The notes beneath the pieces are model-generated. The model was not told where the DNA came from, did no database searches, and saw only the letters and a program-made list of their open reading frames with translations. The position numbers and the translations under genes are program-made. From Raillietiella orientalis (Eukaryota): a stretch of 64,000 nucleotides of DNA. Where the stretch lies: assembly GCA_036172245.1 (NCBI GenBank), contig JAYWIR010000132.1, positions 1-64,000 on the forward strand, in the 5' to 3' direction. Below are positions 41,416-52,449 of this stretch, in pieces. How positions within the stretch are numbered: position 1 is the stretch's first letter; every line of letters begins with the position of its first letter.

Positions 41416-43131
41416 TTAGTTTTTGCCTTCCCGCAGCTTCTTCTGGCGGGGAGACCTTTCTCTCCTTACCGCCGTCGAAGCTGGCTTCTCACTCGCGGCA
41501 TCGCTCTCTCTGCCGGTGTGGTCTGTGGTGTCATTGTCCTGTTCACTGGAGCGCTCGAGCTTGGCGACTGTTTTCAGCTTAAGGTTCTCCAGGGAGACCT
41601 TGGCGCAGTAGTTCGCCTTTACGATGCAGAGCTTGTTCTCCAGCCTGCCGCGCTCTTCCGGATCTATGAAGGCGTTGATTCCCTCCTGAGTTTCCCCAAT
41701 GCGTGTCAGGAGCTTCGCCTGCTACACTTGGTTCACCTCCGCCTGTACCTCGTTTGCCAGCTTCACCACCTCCTCGGTGAGCTGCGCCGCCTCTTGCGAT
41801 GCCGGGGTAGCTTCAGTGATTTCCATCACCTCAGCTTCCGGCACTCCCTTCTGCTCAACAACCTCCTGCTGTCTTTCCACTGCCACGCCAACCGCCTGCT
41901 CGCCAACCTGCTGCATCTCCTCGCCTACCTGCTTCTCGGCCTGTGCAGAGGAGGAGGATTCGGGCTCCCTCACGAGCATCCTCCTCTTGCCGCCCTTCCC
42001 CACCGTCGTGAAGCCGTCCTCCGAAACGGGAGCGGCCTCCTTCGCCTTCCTCTGCTTCAGTGCTCTCTGAGGCTTGATCACCTCTTCGAGCACTCGCGCC
42101 CTGACCGGTGACTGGCCCCTCATCGTCCGGTAATTGGCAAACTCGGGGCAGCACCATATTGCGTGCCCTGGGGCCTTGCAAAATGAGCATACCTCCGGCA
42201 TGCTGCAATCCCGGACTTGGTGGCCTTGCTTCCCACAGCGGAAGCATTTCGATTTGGGACAGACACGCTGCCTGTGGCCGAACGATTTGCAACCGTTGCA
42301 GAAAACGGGTTGCGCCCTGTACCTCACAGAGACTCCCTGATCGTCACCCTCGAAATGGATGGTTCCAGGAATCTGGGCATCCTCCAACAGCTTCATCCTT
42401 ACAGTCGCTTCTCCCGAAAAGATCTTCAACGAAATGTTGTGGTAATTGCGGTCCAGTACCTCGCCGTACTGCGACAGGCGTTTCCACACAGCCTTCTGTG
42501 TGATAAACGGCCTTAGCCCGCTCAGAAAAACGGTGGTGTACGGCATTTCGCCGACTGCACACACCATTTTACCCTGGATGTTGATTCCTTTTTCGATGAA
42601 CTCCTGGCGGAGTTCATCGCACTCTGTGTAGATCGTGAACCCGAATGGCCCGGGCACGATCGCCTGCAACTTATCAAAGCCTACCTGTTGCTTGTACAGC
42701 GCCAGGTAGACTTCCCGAATGTTATGCATCCTGATGAGCCCTGTTCGAAACGTAACCTTCTTGACGTTTGGGCCCAACTTGACTATGGGCTCGTCAACGT
42801 CCTTAATCGGCCCGGACTCGGGCCTTCCGAATTTTCTCTGCGGTTGGGTTGTTGCCTTCCCAGCCGCCACCGCCGCATAGGAAAACGTCGCCGCCGCCGG
42901 CAACCGCCCCACGGTCGCAGCCACCGCGCAAGATGACGTCGCGTCATTAGCAACGGTTGGGCCTACGAGCCCTGCCGTTGCTAGGGACGCTTCCGCCGTC
43001 GCCGTCTCCTTCGCAGCCACCACCGTGGCCTGCCTTGCCTCCACCGCCGGTGTGGCGCCAGAAACACACGATTGCCCTACCTCCATAGGCTGAGGCTTCT
43101 CCGTGGTTCCCATCCACGGCATCTGTTGCAT
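41416..43131 (-). pseudogene. E3 ORF1 (RRM-like region, 3 CCHC knuckles, coiled coil), one premature stop
   Basis: CNGCKSFGHRQRVC, CFRCGKQGHQVRDC, CSFCKAPGHAIWCC; TAG at 41722 where copy E1 has CAG. Confidence 0.9.
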
Positions 43132-43270
43132 CTTGACGGGGTGCTGCTGCACCGCCGCCGGGGAGGGTCGCGACTCCTACACCTTGGACTCCCTCTGGTT
43201 GCTGCTGGTGCTGCTGCAGTCGCTGTGGGACGTCCTGGGTAGCGCACTCACTGTCTTTACACTTAAGCAC

Positions 43271-43402
43271 TTGCCCTCTCGGGGCACGCAAAAATTCCCG
43301 CGGCAGTGGTTTTACGCACTGCCTTGGCGGGGTATTGGGTAAAGTTTTCAACTAGCAATAATCGCGGCTCAGTCGCCTTCCTCGCCTACGATTTTCCCCA
43401 AG
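43271..43402 (-). ncRNA. U4: U4 snRNA-like sequence at the E2/E3 junction
   Basis: CUUGGGGAAAAUCGUAGGCGAGGAAGGCGACUGAGCCGCGAUUAUUGCUAGUUGAAAACUUUACCCAAUACCCCGCC-hairpin-AAUUUUUG-CG-UGCCCCGAGAGGGCA. Confidence 0.88.
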
Positions 43403-43538
43403 TCCCACAGGGGGTGGGGTGAATTTATTTTCTATAAAAATAGCATTCACACTACAATTTTCATTCACACTCTCATTCACGCCACGTTTACCAACACTTG
43501 TTCACTTGGATGTCCTGGGTTTCACTCGAGTTCTGCTA

Positions 43539-46500
43539 TCAGGTTGGGGGTCCAGATGTTTGTTCCCGGGCGTCGTCCTCGATCCTCTTCAGGATGAATC
43601 TGTACGTCCAGGCTTGGATTCTTCCGCAGTTCCTGATGCCGATTTCCTTCTTCAGGAGTCCTTGGAGGATCTCCATCGGAGGTGCGGCTCTCCTGGCTTT
43701 CCTCATCTTCCACCACCGCACAAGTATGGCGGTGATGAAGAGGGCGATGGTCGTCCTCACCATGGGATTGTAACAGGGAACATTACCATCTCCCTGAAAC
43801 ATCCCGGCGAGGATTTCCATTACGGAGCTGGTGGTGCGTCCGATGATCCTTTTCAGGATCAGCCAGTCGTGAAGCAGTGTGGGACACGTCAAGATGTGGA
43901 GTCTTGTGTCAGTGTCACCACACCCCGTGCAGTCTCTGTCGTCCCTCGTTCCCGTGAAGTGCTGTAGTCTGGACCCCGTCAGAATTCCTCCATGGTAGAA
44001 CATCAGGAGGTTGTCCTGGGTGTCCGGCGGAAGGTCACTCCTCCAGAGCGTTGTGCCGATCGCCAACAGGTTGATGCGATCGCTCCCGTAGCGGTCGGCG
44101 GCTTCTTGGAGGGCACTGGTGTCCTTTTCCTCGTCTCTGATCATCTTCCGCAGGTTCATTTTGGTCACCCTCGACCACGCGAAGTCGTTGTTGTTAATCC
44201 ACACCTCGCAGGTCTGGTGGGTGAACCTCCCTAACATCATCTCTATGTACCGAAGTACACGAGAATGATGTAGGTATCCTCCTCGGAGCCATTCCTGGAT
44301 CCGTTGCAGGGTAACTCTGGGCCGCTTGTAGATCCAGCTTCTCGTGTCCGAAGGGACCGGAAGCATCCAGGGGATCACCAGGATGGACTCGTCCTGCCAG
44401 AGTTCCCTGCTTCTTGGCACGATCTTCATCTTGTGCTTTCGCACAAGCCGCTGTTTTCTTCTCCAGGTAGGGTCGATGGTGATCCATTCCCCTGCTCGGC
44501 CTAGCAGCGCAGTCATCAGGCCTTTCGAGTTGTTGAGCAACAACGCGTAGGCCCTGTGCGCCGCATACGGCCAGTCATCCCAGTGGGTGGCTATGTCCAG
44601 GATGTGTCGCGTATCCATGATTTCCATGGAATGTGCAGGCGACTTCATCCCGGAACCGCCTTCTTCCCTGGGACGACACAGAGGTTTGAGACGGACTCTT
44701 GGGCGATAATGGCCCCACAAAGTTTTTCTTTGCAGCTTTTCTACTTCCCTCGTGGTATCTTTATTCATTCTTGCGAAGGCCGCCCCAAAGAGTATCTTTG
44801 GTAGAAGTACTGCGTTCCAAAGGTTGGCTCTTCGCTTCATGTTTAAGTCCACTCGAGTGTACTTTGCTGCTTCCTTAGACGTTTTCCCCAGGATTTCCGT
44901 CCACAGCAGCTTCGACGCAGAGTCGTCGCCGATGTAGACTCCCAGGTACTTGGCCGTATCCACCGTACGGAATCCACTCCCCGTTAGAGTGGAGAGGTTC
45001 AGGATACCGACGGGCAAAAGCTGGCTTTTTTGGGCGTTGATTTTCAAGCCCAGTCCCTGTTCCATGAGGTCGACCACATCCAGGAACGCTTGTTGATTCC
45101 TCTCTCCCTTGATGAAGAGGAGGAGATCATCTGCGTATGCCAGATGGGTCAGGTGCTGACCATCAATGGAAATCCCTGATAGGCGACCGCTTCTCTCGAT
45201 GTAAGAAGACAGCGCATCCATGTATATGACGAACAGCATTGGACTTAGCGAGTCGCCCTGCCGGACTCCTCGTTCCATCCTAATTGATGCCGTCTCTTGG
45301 CCGTTGATTTTGATACGGCAGTACTGGTTTTGGAGTACCGCCCTCACGAAGTTGCTGAACTGTTCCGGAAGCCCAAGCTTCTGCAGAACTTTCAGCAGCA
45401 TCCCGTGGTCGATGGAGAAGAAGGCCTTCTCCATGTCAGTGAATACCAGCACCAGGTTCTCGCCGACGTATCGGCTGAGTCCGACGGTGGCCTGGGCGCA
45501 CTTGACATTGTCAGACATGTGTCGTCCTGGGACTGCACACGTCTGGACCAAAGAGATCAGCCTCGACATGAACCTGCCTAAGCGGTTGGACGAGATCTTC
45601 GCCAATCACTTTGCATCTGAGTTTAGGATCGAGATCGGCCTCCATTGAGCGACCTGCGTGAGATCGCCTCCTTTTGGCAGCAATCTCATCCTACTCTCGA
45701 AGAAGGATTCCGGAAGTCGTCCTTCTTCTCGGATGCAGAGTGTCAACTGGTGGAACAAACGCAGGTAGGCGTGCAGGTACCGCTGACAGTGCGAGATTGG
45801 TACACTATCAGGGCCTGCTGCCACATCCTTGCGAAGCTGCCCAAACGCAGTCTTCACTTCCTCTTCGGAGAACGCCTCCTCCAGTCTACTTCTTTGGAGG
45901 TCGTCCGTCCTCTTCTCGAGGTAACCCAGAAAGGCTTGCTGACTCGAGCGGAAGAGATCTTGTCGTCGGAAGTGTCTCGCGTAATGCCTGTGAAAGGCTT
46001 CCGCGATATCCTCCGACGTGTGCCGCTCTTGGCCGTCGTACTGGATGCAGAAGATACCTGTTGCCAGATTCCTCTTTTCCAGCACGCCGACCTCCCCTTT
46101 CATGTTCTGCAAGACGTACCGACTCTCGTACTGATCGAAGTACTTCGAGAGGGAGCGATCTTGGATGTTCAGCTCCCGGTACGCTTCAAGCCTCATGCGC
46201 TTACAAAAGTACTGCATATTGCAGAACAGATGGATCCTGTGCTTCAACCTGTCCCAGTCGGCGACTCTGCGGATGGTGGTGTCCCGCAGAATCGCCTCGA
46301 TGACCTTCTGGTGACAGGGAAGCGTTTCGAACCAGGCGGGCATGCAGATGAGCGCCGCCCTGGTGGCCTTTTTCCTATGGGGATTTTCAGTGCGGAGTGT
46401 AAACCGTACCAATGGGTGATCGGACAACAGGTGTGGGATGTCACGAAAACCCTGGATGCGGTTGTCTATCTCCGCACTGTGGAGGACGTGATCGATCGGC

Positions 46501-47047
46501 TTGTGGCTAGCCGTTCGCCACACAAGTCCGACAGCCGCCGATACGCCGCTCTTCACCTTGCATCCTGAGAATACTTGATTTCATCAAGGCTGTTGAAATC
46601 CCCAGCGACGATGACTATGTCCTTCGGTGCCACTCGTTTGCGGAGTTCTTCTTGCAGTTTCTCCGCGCACCGATGCTTGATCTTGTGCGGTCCGTAAACG
46701 TTCACCAGGAAGAGGTGAACGTTACTGGACCAGCACAGTCGCACGCCGATTACTCTGCCAGGTACCGGACAGAAGGTTTCCAAAATGGTGTGGGCGAGCT
46801 CGTTCTTGATGAGGATCGCCACCCCCATGGTCTTCTTCGGTCCCTCGCTGGCGAACAGTTATCCGTCGATTCGGCGTTCCATCTCCAGGGCGTTCTGCTG
46901 CCCGAGACGGTGGATTTCTTGTAGGCACACCACATCCTGTCTTGCGATGGTCCGCATGACACTTTTTCTCTTTCCCTGATCCGTCAGTCCATTCACATTC
47001 CAGGAGGCGATGTTAATCCTCCTGGCACTGGACAGCGACGAGGCCAT
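43539..47047 (-). pseudogene. E2 ORF2: APE endonuclease, RT, zinc finger (disrupted)
   Basis: Same motif set (GVRQGDSLSP, YADD, CTGCG..HILTC). Stops at 46859, 46553 and 45606; ~10-bp deletion near 46530 relative to E4. Confidence 0.95.
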
Positions 47048-47087
47048 GAAAGGGGAGGGAGTCCTACTTCATTTTTCTTGCCTTGCT

Positions 47088-48824
47088 TTACTTCTTCTGC
47101 TGGGGAGACTTGTTCAGTTTCCCCGCTGAAGAAGTGGATTTTTCACTGCCGGCATCGCTCTCGGTGCCGGTGTGATCAGTGGACTCCTGTTCGTCCACAG
47201 AGCGTTCCGCCTTGGCGACCACCTTGCGCGGAAGGGTCTCCAGCGAGACCGTCGCACAGAATGCTGCCTTGAGGTCGCCTAACTGATCCTCCAACTTTTC
47301 CCGCTCTCTTTCTACAACCATGCGGTTGACGTCGTCTTGGACCTCACAGATGCGGTCCAGGATTTTTGTCTGTTCTGCCTCCGGTTGGCCCTGGCGAACC
47401 TCTTCCGCCAGTTTTATCACTTCCTCGGAGAGTTGCAGGGCCTCCTGCGTCTGCGTGACTGGTTCTGGCGTCTTCTCCTCCTTCTCCGTTTCCTCCGCCA
47501 CCTCCATGCTCTTGCCTACCACTGCTTCAACTACCGGGGTTTGAGGAATCTGATGCTCCCTTGCGAGCATCTTCCTTTTCCCCTTCTTCCCCACCTTCAC
47601 GAAACCGTCCGCCGAAACCGGAGCGGCCTCTCTTGCTTTCCTCTGTTTTGCTAGCTGAGGTTTGATTACCTCAGCTAGCACCCTTTCCCTCACTTGGGAC
47701 TCTCCTCTAATCGTCCGGTAGTTTGCATACTCCGGACAACTCCATTTCGCATGCCCTGGTTGCTTGCAGAAGGAGCAAAGCTCGAGCATGCTACAGTTCC
47801 GGACCTGGTGGCCCTGTTTCCCGCACCTGAAGCAGCGAGATCTAGGGCAGGCACCCATCCGGTGGCCAAAGTCCTTGCAACCGAGACAGAAGATCGTTTG
47901 CTGGCGGTACCTGACGTTCACCTCTTGCGAGGCTTCGTCAATGTGCAGCAAACCCGGGATTTGGGCACCTTCCTTAAGTTTAATATTGGCGAATACTTCG
48001 CCCGAGAAGATGTCTCCGAAGATGTTCTGGAAGTTTACATCCAAAACCTCCCCGTATTTCTCCAGGAAATCCCACACCGTTTTTTATTCGGTGAAGATTC
48101 CCACTCCGCTGAGATGGACGGTGGTGTAACGCATTTCGCCTACGCCTTGTACCATTTTGCCTTGAATATTGATACCCTTTTCGATTAGGGCCTCCCGCAA
48201 TTCTTCGCAGTCCGTGTACAGTGTAACACCTGACGTGCTAGGAATGATCGCTTGGAGACGATCAAAGTCGACGTTGGTTTCAAAGTGAGCACAGTACACC
48301 TCTCTTACATTATTAAACCGGATCAATCCGGTCTTGAACATAATTGGTTTCGACGCTAGACTTAAGCCAACCATTGGTTCTTTGCATCGCGTGATGCGTC
48401 CAGTCGTCGGCTTCTTAAATGTTCGGTTTGGCTGGGCAGAGGCCTGCCCCGCCGTAACCGCCGCATACGAAAACGGCTTTGTAGCCGAACCCGAACAAGA
48501 TGGCGTCGCCATGTACGCCGCGTGGACGCCCGGGGCTCCCGCCTGGGACGCCGCCGCCGCCGCTGCGGGCGCAACCCTCGTCGTCGCCGTCGCCGATGTC
48601 GCCGTAGGCGGGACCTTCGGCATCGCCGCCGCCGGCACGACCTTCCCCGCCGCGGGCGCGATCCTCGGCGTCGCCGCCGCGGGCACGACCTCCATCGCCG
48701 TCGCCGCGGGCACGACCCTCGGCATCGCCGCCGCCGGCGCAGCAAAGCCTGCCGCGGGCGAGACCCTCGGCGTCGCCGCTGCCTCCTCGCCACTGCCGCA
48801 TATTACCTCCATGTGTTCTTCCAT
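47088..48824 (-). pseudogene. E2 ORF1 (Ala/Pro repeats, RRM-like region, 3 CCHC knuckles), premature stop
   Basis: CLGCKDFGHRMGAC, CFRCGKQGHQVRNC, CSFCKQPGHAKWSC. In-frame TAA at 48084; the frame is open upstream to 49013. Confidence 0.9.
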
Positions 48825-48996
48825 GGGGGTCGACGGCTGCTCCACTCCTTGTATGTGCCTCCTTGCGGCTGCCGTTGCTGCCGCACTTCTTGTTTGGAGG
48901 ACTTCCACCTCGGGTCCTTCGGCGCTGCTGCTGCTGCTGCTGTCGGGTATTTCCCTCGGTGGCACAGTCACTTCCACACTATTCTTCACCAGGCAC

Positions 48997-49128
48997 TTGC
49001 CCTGTGAGGGCACACAAAAATTGCCGCGGCAGTGGTTTTACGCACTGCCTTGGCGGGGTATTGGGTAAAGTTTTCAACTAGCAATAATCGCGGCTCAGTC
49101 GCCTTCCTCGCCTACGATTTTCCCCAAG
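48997..49128 (-). ncRNA. U4: U4 snRNA-like sequence at the E1/E2 junction
   Basis: Core identical to the copy at 43271-43402; Sm site AAUUUUUG (49015-49022), terminal hairpin UGCCCU-CAC-AGGGCA. Confidence 0.88.
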
Positions 49129-49285
49129 TCCCACAGGGGGTGGGGTAAATTTATTTTCTGTAAAACATTCACGCTACAATCACATTCATACACTTTCACT
49201 TTTCTTTTTCCTCACTTGTCATCGATCACTTGGGCACTTGTTCTTAAAGTTCACTTCTGGGCGTCTGAAAAGTCCACTGCTCTAC

Positions 49286-52200
49286 TTACCTTGGATCCGC
49301 TTGGGTTCGGAGACTTCCTTCTATCCTCCTCAGGATGTGTCGGTAGTTCCAAACTTGCACTCGTCCGCAGTTTCGGATGCCAATCTCCTTCTGGATCAAC
49401 CCTTGCAGGATCTCCATCGGAGATATGGCGGTCCTCGTGGTCCTCATCTTCCACCACCGCACAAGGATGGCGGTGATATAAAGGGCAATGGTCACTCTGA
49501 CCATGGGGTTGTAGCGTGGAACCGTTCCAGTTCCCTGGAACATTCCTGCCAGAACGTCCATGGTCGAGGCGTTGTTCAGCCCGATGACCCTTTTCAGGGT
49601 TGTCCACTCGGATTGCAATGTGGGGCAGGTCAAGACATGTCTGTCTGAATCTAATCCACCACATGCTTTGCAGGTTTCTTCTTCTCGTCGTCAGGTGAAG
49701 AGCTTCATTCTCGTGCCGCACAAAATCCCCCCATGATAAAACATGAGGAGGTTGTCCTGTGTATCTGGTGGTAGGTCACTCCTCCATAGTACCGTACCGA
49801 TGGCTAGTGGGTTAAATCCACTGCTTGCGTATCGGTCGGCAGCATCTTGGAGGGCACTGTGATCTTTTTCTTCCGTGATTATTTGTTTCTTGTTCTTCTT
49901 CGTTACCCTGGACCACGCATGGTTACGATGACTTTTCCATACCTCGCGGGTCTTCAGGGTATCGGATCCACTCATCGTTTCCACGTGCCGAAGTACCCTT
50001 GAATGATGAAGGTATCTTCGCCGTGTCCAGGATTCCAGTTCCCCGAAGGTAACTCTGGACCGCTGGCGCATCCAGCTCCTCGTGTCATCCTGCACGGGGA
50101 GCATCCAAGGGATAACCAGGATGGATTCCTCCTGCCAGAGTTCCTTGCTTCTCGGGATGAACTTGATCCCCTCGCTCTTGGTTAATCTTTGTTTCCGCCT
50201 CCAAGTTGGGTCGATGGTTGACCATTCGTCCACTCTGCCGACGAGCGCAGTCATCAGGCCCCTCGAGTTATTAATTAACAACGAGTATGCCCTATGCGCC
50301 GCGTACGGCCAGTCGTCCCAGTTGGAAGACATCTCCAGGATGTGTCGCACCTCCATGTTGTTCACGGCGTGTGCAGGCGACTTCATTCCGGTTCCTCCCT
50401 CCTCCCTCGGTCGACAAAGTGGCTTCAGGCGTACTCTCGGACGGTATCCTCCCCACAGGGTCTTCCTCTGTAGCTTTTCCACTTCTCGCTTGGTGTCTTT
50501 CGACATGTTGCTGAAGGCCGCTCCGAAAAGTATCTTCGGAAGGAGAACTCCATTCTAAAGGTTGGCCCTCTGCTTCATGTTGAAGTCCGAGCGCATGTAC
50601 TTCGCTCCTTCTTCAGATACTTTCCCCAGGATTTCCTTCCACAACAGTTGGGATGCGGATGCATCGCCTATGTGGATACATAGGTACTTAATCGTGTCCA
50701 CCGTACGGAAACCTTCACTCACGATTATTGTGAGGTCCAGGATGCCGACGGGCAAGAGTTTGCTTTTCTGGGCATTGATTTTAAGCCTCAGTCCTTTCTC
50801 CATGAGCTCAACCACATGCAAGAAGCCTCGCTGATCTCTCTCCCCTTTAAGAAAGAAGAGAAGATCGTCCGCGTAGGCAAGATGGGTGAGTCTCTGTTTG
50901 TCAATTTCGATTCCTCGGAGATACCCGGTTCTGTCGATGAACGACGAGAGGGCCTCCATGTAGATGACAAACAGCATCGGACTTAGCGCGTCGCCCTGAC
51001 GGACTCCGTGTTCCATCCTGATAGCTGCTGTCTTTTCCCCATTGACGGTGATGCGGAATTCTTGATCTTGTAGTATCATCCTGACGAAGTTGCTGAACTG
51101 TTCCGGAAGCCCAAGCTTCTCCAGAACCTTCAGCAGCATCCCATGGTCGATGGAGTCGAAGGCCTTCTCCATGTCAGTGAACACCAGCACCAGGTTCTCG
51201 CCTCTGTATCGGCTGAGTCCTATGGTGGCTTGAGCACACTTGACTTTGTCCGAGATGTGACGACCGGGCACCGCACATGTCTGGACCGGAGATATAAGCC
51301 GCGGCATGACCTTGCCTAAGCGGTTGTCTCGTCCAGTTGTTTCATACGGAAGTGTTCTGTATAATGCCTGTAGAAGGCTTCTGCGATGTCTTCCGTCTTG
51401 TTCCTCGTTTGGCCTGCGTACTGGATGCTGAAGATATCTGTTGCCAGATTCTTCTTCTCCAGTACGCCAACTTCACCCTTGATGCTGCTGAAGACGTAAC
51501 GGCTCTGGTACTGTTGCCAGTACTTGGAGAGCGAGCGATCTTGGATGTTGAGCTCGCGGTACGCCTCCTGCCTCATTCTCTTGTCGCCAAACTGTATGTT
51601 GCAGAACAAATGGATGCGGTGCTTGAGGCTGTACCAATCGGCGACCCTGCTGATGGTTGTTGTTTGCAGGATCACCTCCATCAGATCTTGATGATGGGGA
51701 TGGGTCTCGAACCATTGGGGCATGGTGAGAATTGCCTCCCTCGTTGGCTTGCTTCGTCGAGGGTTTTCCGTCCGCAAGGTGAACCTCATCAACGGATGAT
51801 CGGACACAGAGTGGGGAGTGTCTCGAAAATTGAGGACTCGGTTCCCAATGTCGGCGCTGTAGAGAACGTGGTCGATCGGCTTGTGGCTCGCTGTCAGCCA
51901 CTGGAATCCGAACTCGTCGGAAAGCCGCCGATACGCCTCCCTTCCTCTGACGTCCCGGGAATAGATGACTTCGTCCAAGATGTTGAAGTCCCCAGCGATG
52001 ATGACGATGTCCTTCGCCTGCACTTTCTGGCGGAGGGCTTCATGAAGCACCTCCACGCACTGGTGCTTTAGATGATGCGGCCCGTAAAGGTTCCCCAGGA
52101 ATAGGTGAACGTTCGCGGACCAGGACAATCGTGAGACGAGAATTCTTCCAGGAACGGGACAGAAGACTTCGAGGATGGTGGCGGCAAGGTGGTTCTTGAT

Positions 52201-52437
52201 TGCCGTTGCCACCCCCATGGTGTACCTCTGTCCCACGCTGGTGAACAGTTGGACGTTCATTCGTCTCTGCAATTCCAGTCCGATCTGCTGCCCCATCTCG
52301 TGGGTTTCCTGCAGGCAAACGATGTCGAAGTGCCTGATCTTGTTTGCTATTCTTCGTCTTCGCACCGGATCTTGCATTCCATTGACGTTCCAGGAGGCGA
52401 TGCTCAGTCTCCCGGCTGTCGACAAGGATGAGGCCAT
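49286..52437 (-). pseudogene. E1 ORF2 (EN-RT-ZnF), disrupted
   Basis: EN and RT motifs as in E3; deletion near 51325, stops at 50555 and 49691. Confidence 0.93.
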
Positions 52438-52449
52438 AAAAGGGTGGTT

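Larger units (their letters stand above)
37768..43420 (-). mobile_element. Tx1/L1-clade LINE copy E3 (family B), full length, ~5.65 kb
   Basis: U4-like head, ORF1, 12-nt spacer, ORF2, ~125-nt 3' UTR ending in AATAAA (37771-37776), no poly(A). The boundary is uncertain by ~20 nt. Confidence 0.93.
43421..49146 (-). mobile_element. Tx1/L1-clade LINE copy E2 (family A), full length, ~5.73 kb
   Basis: U4-like head, ORF1, ORF2, 3' UTR ending in AATAAA (43424-43429), no poly(A). Confidence 0.93.

Noticed and set aside
43271..43420. Stand-alone functional U4 genes
   Set aside because: The canonical 5' stem II sequence is missing and the upstream DNA is a LINE 3' UTR, not a recognisable snRNA promoter.
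37621..49146. Shared junction blocks interpreted as LTRs
   Set aside because: The elements encode an APE endonuclease and LINE-type RT, with no integrase, protease, PBS or TG...CA ends.
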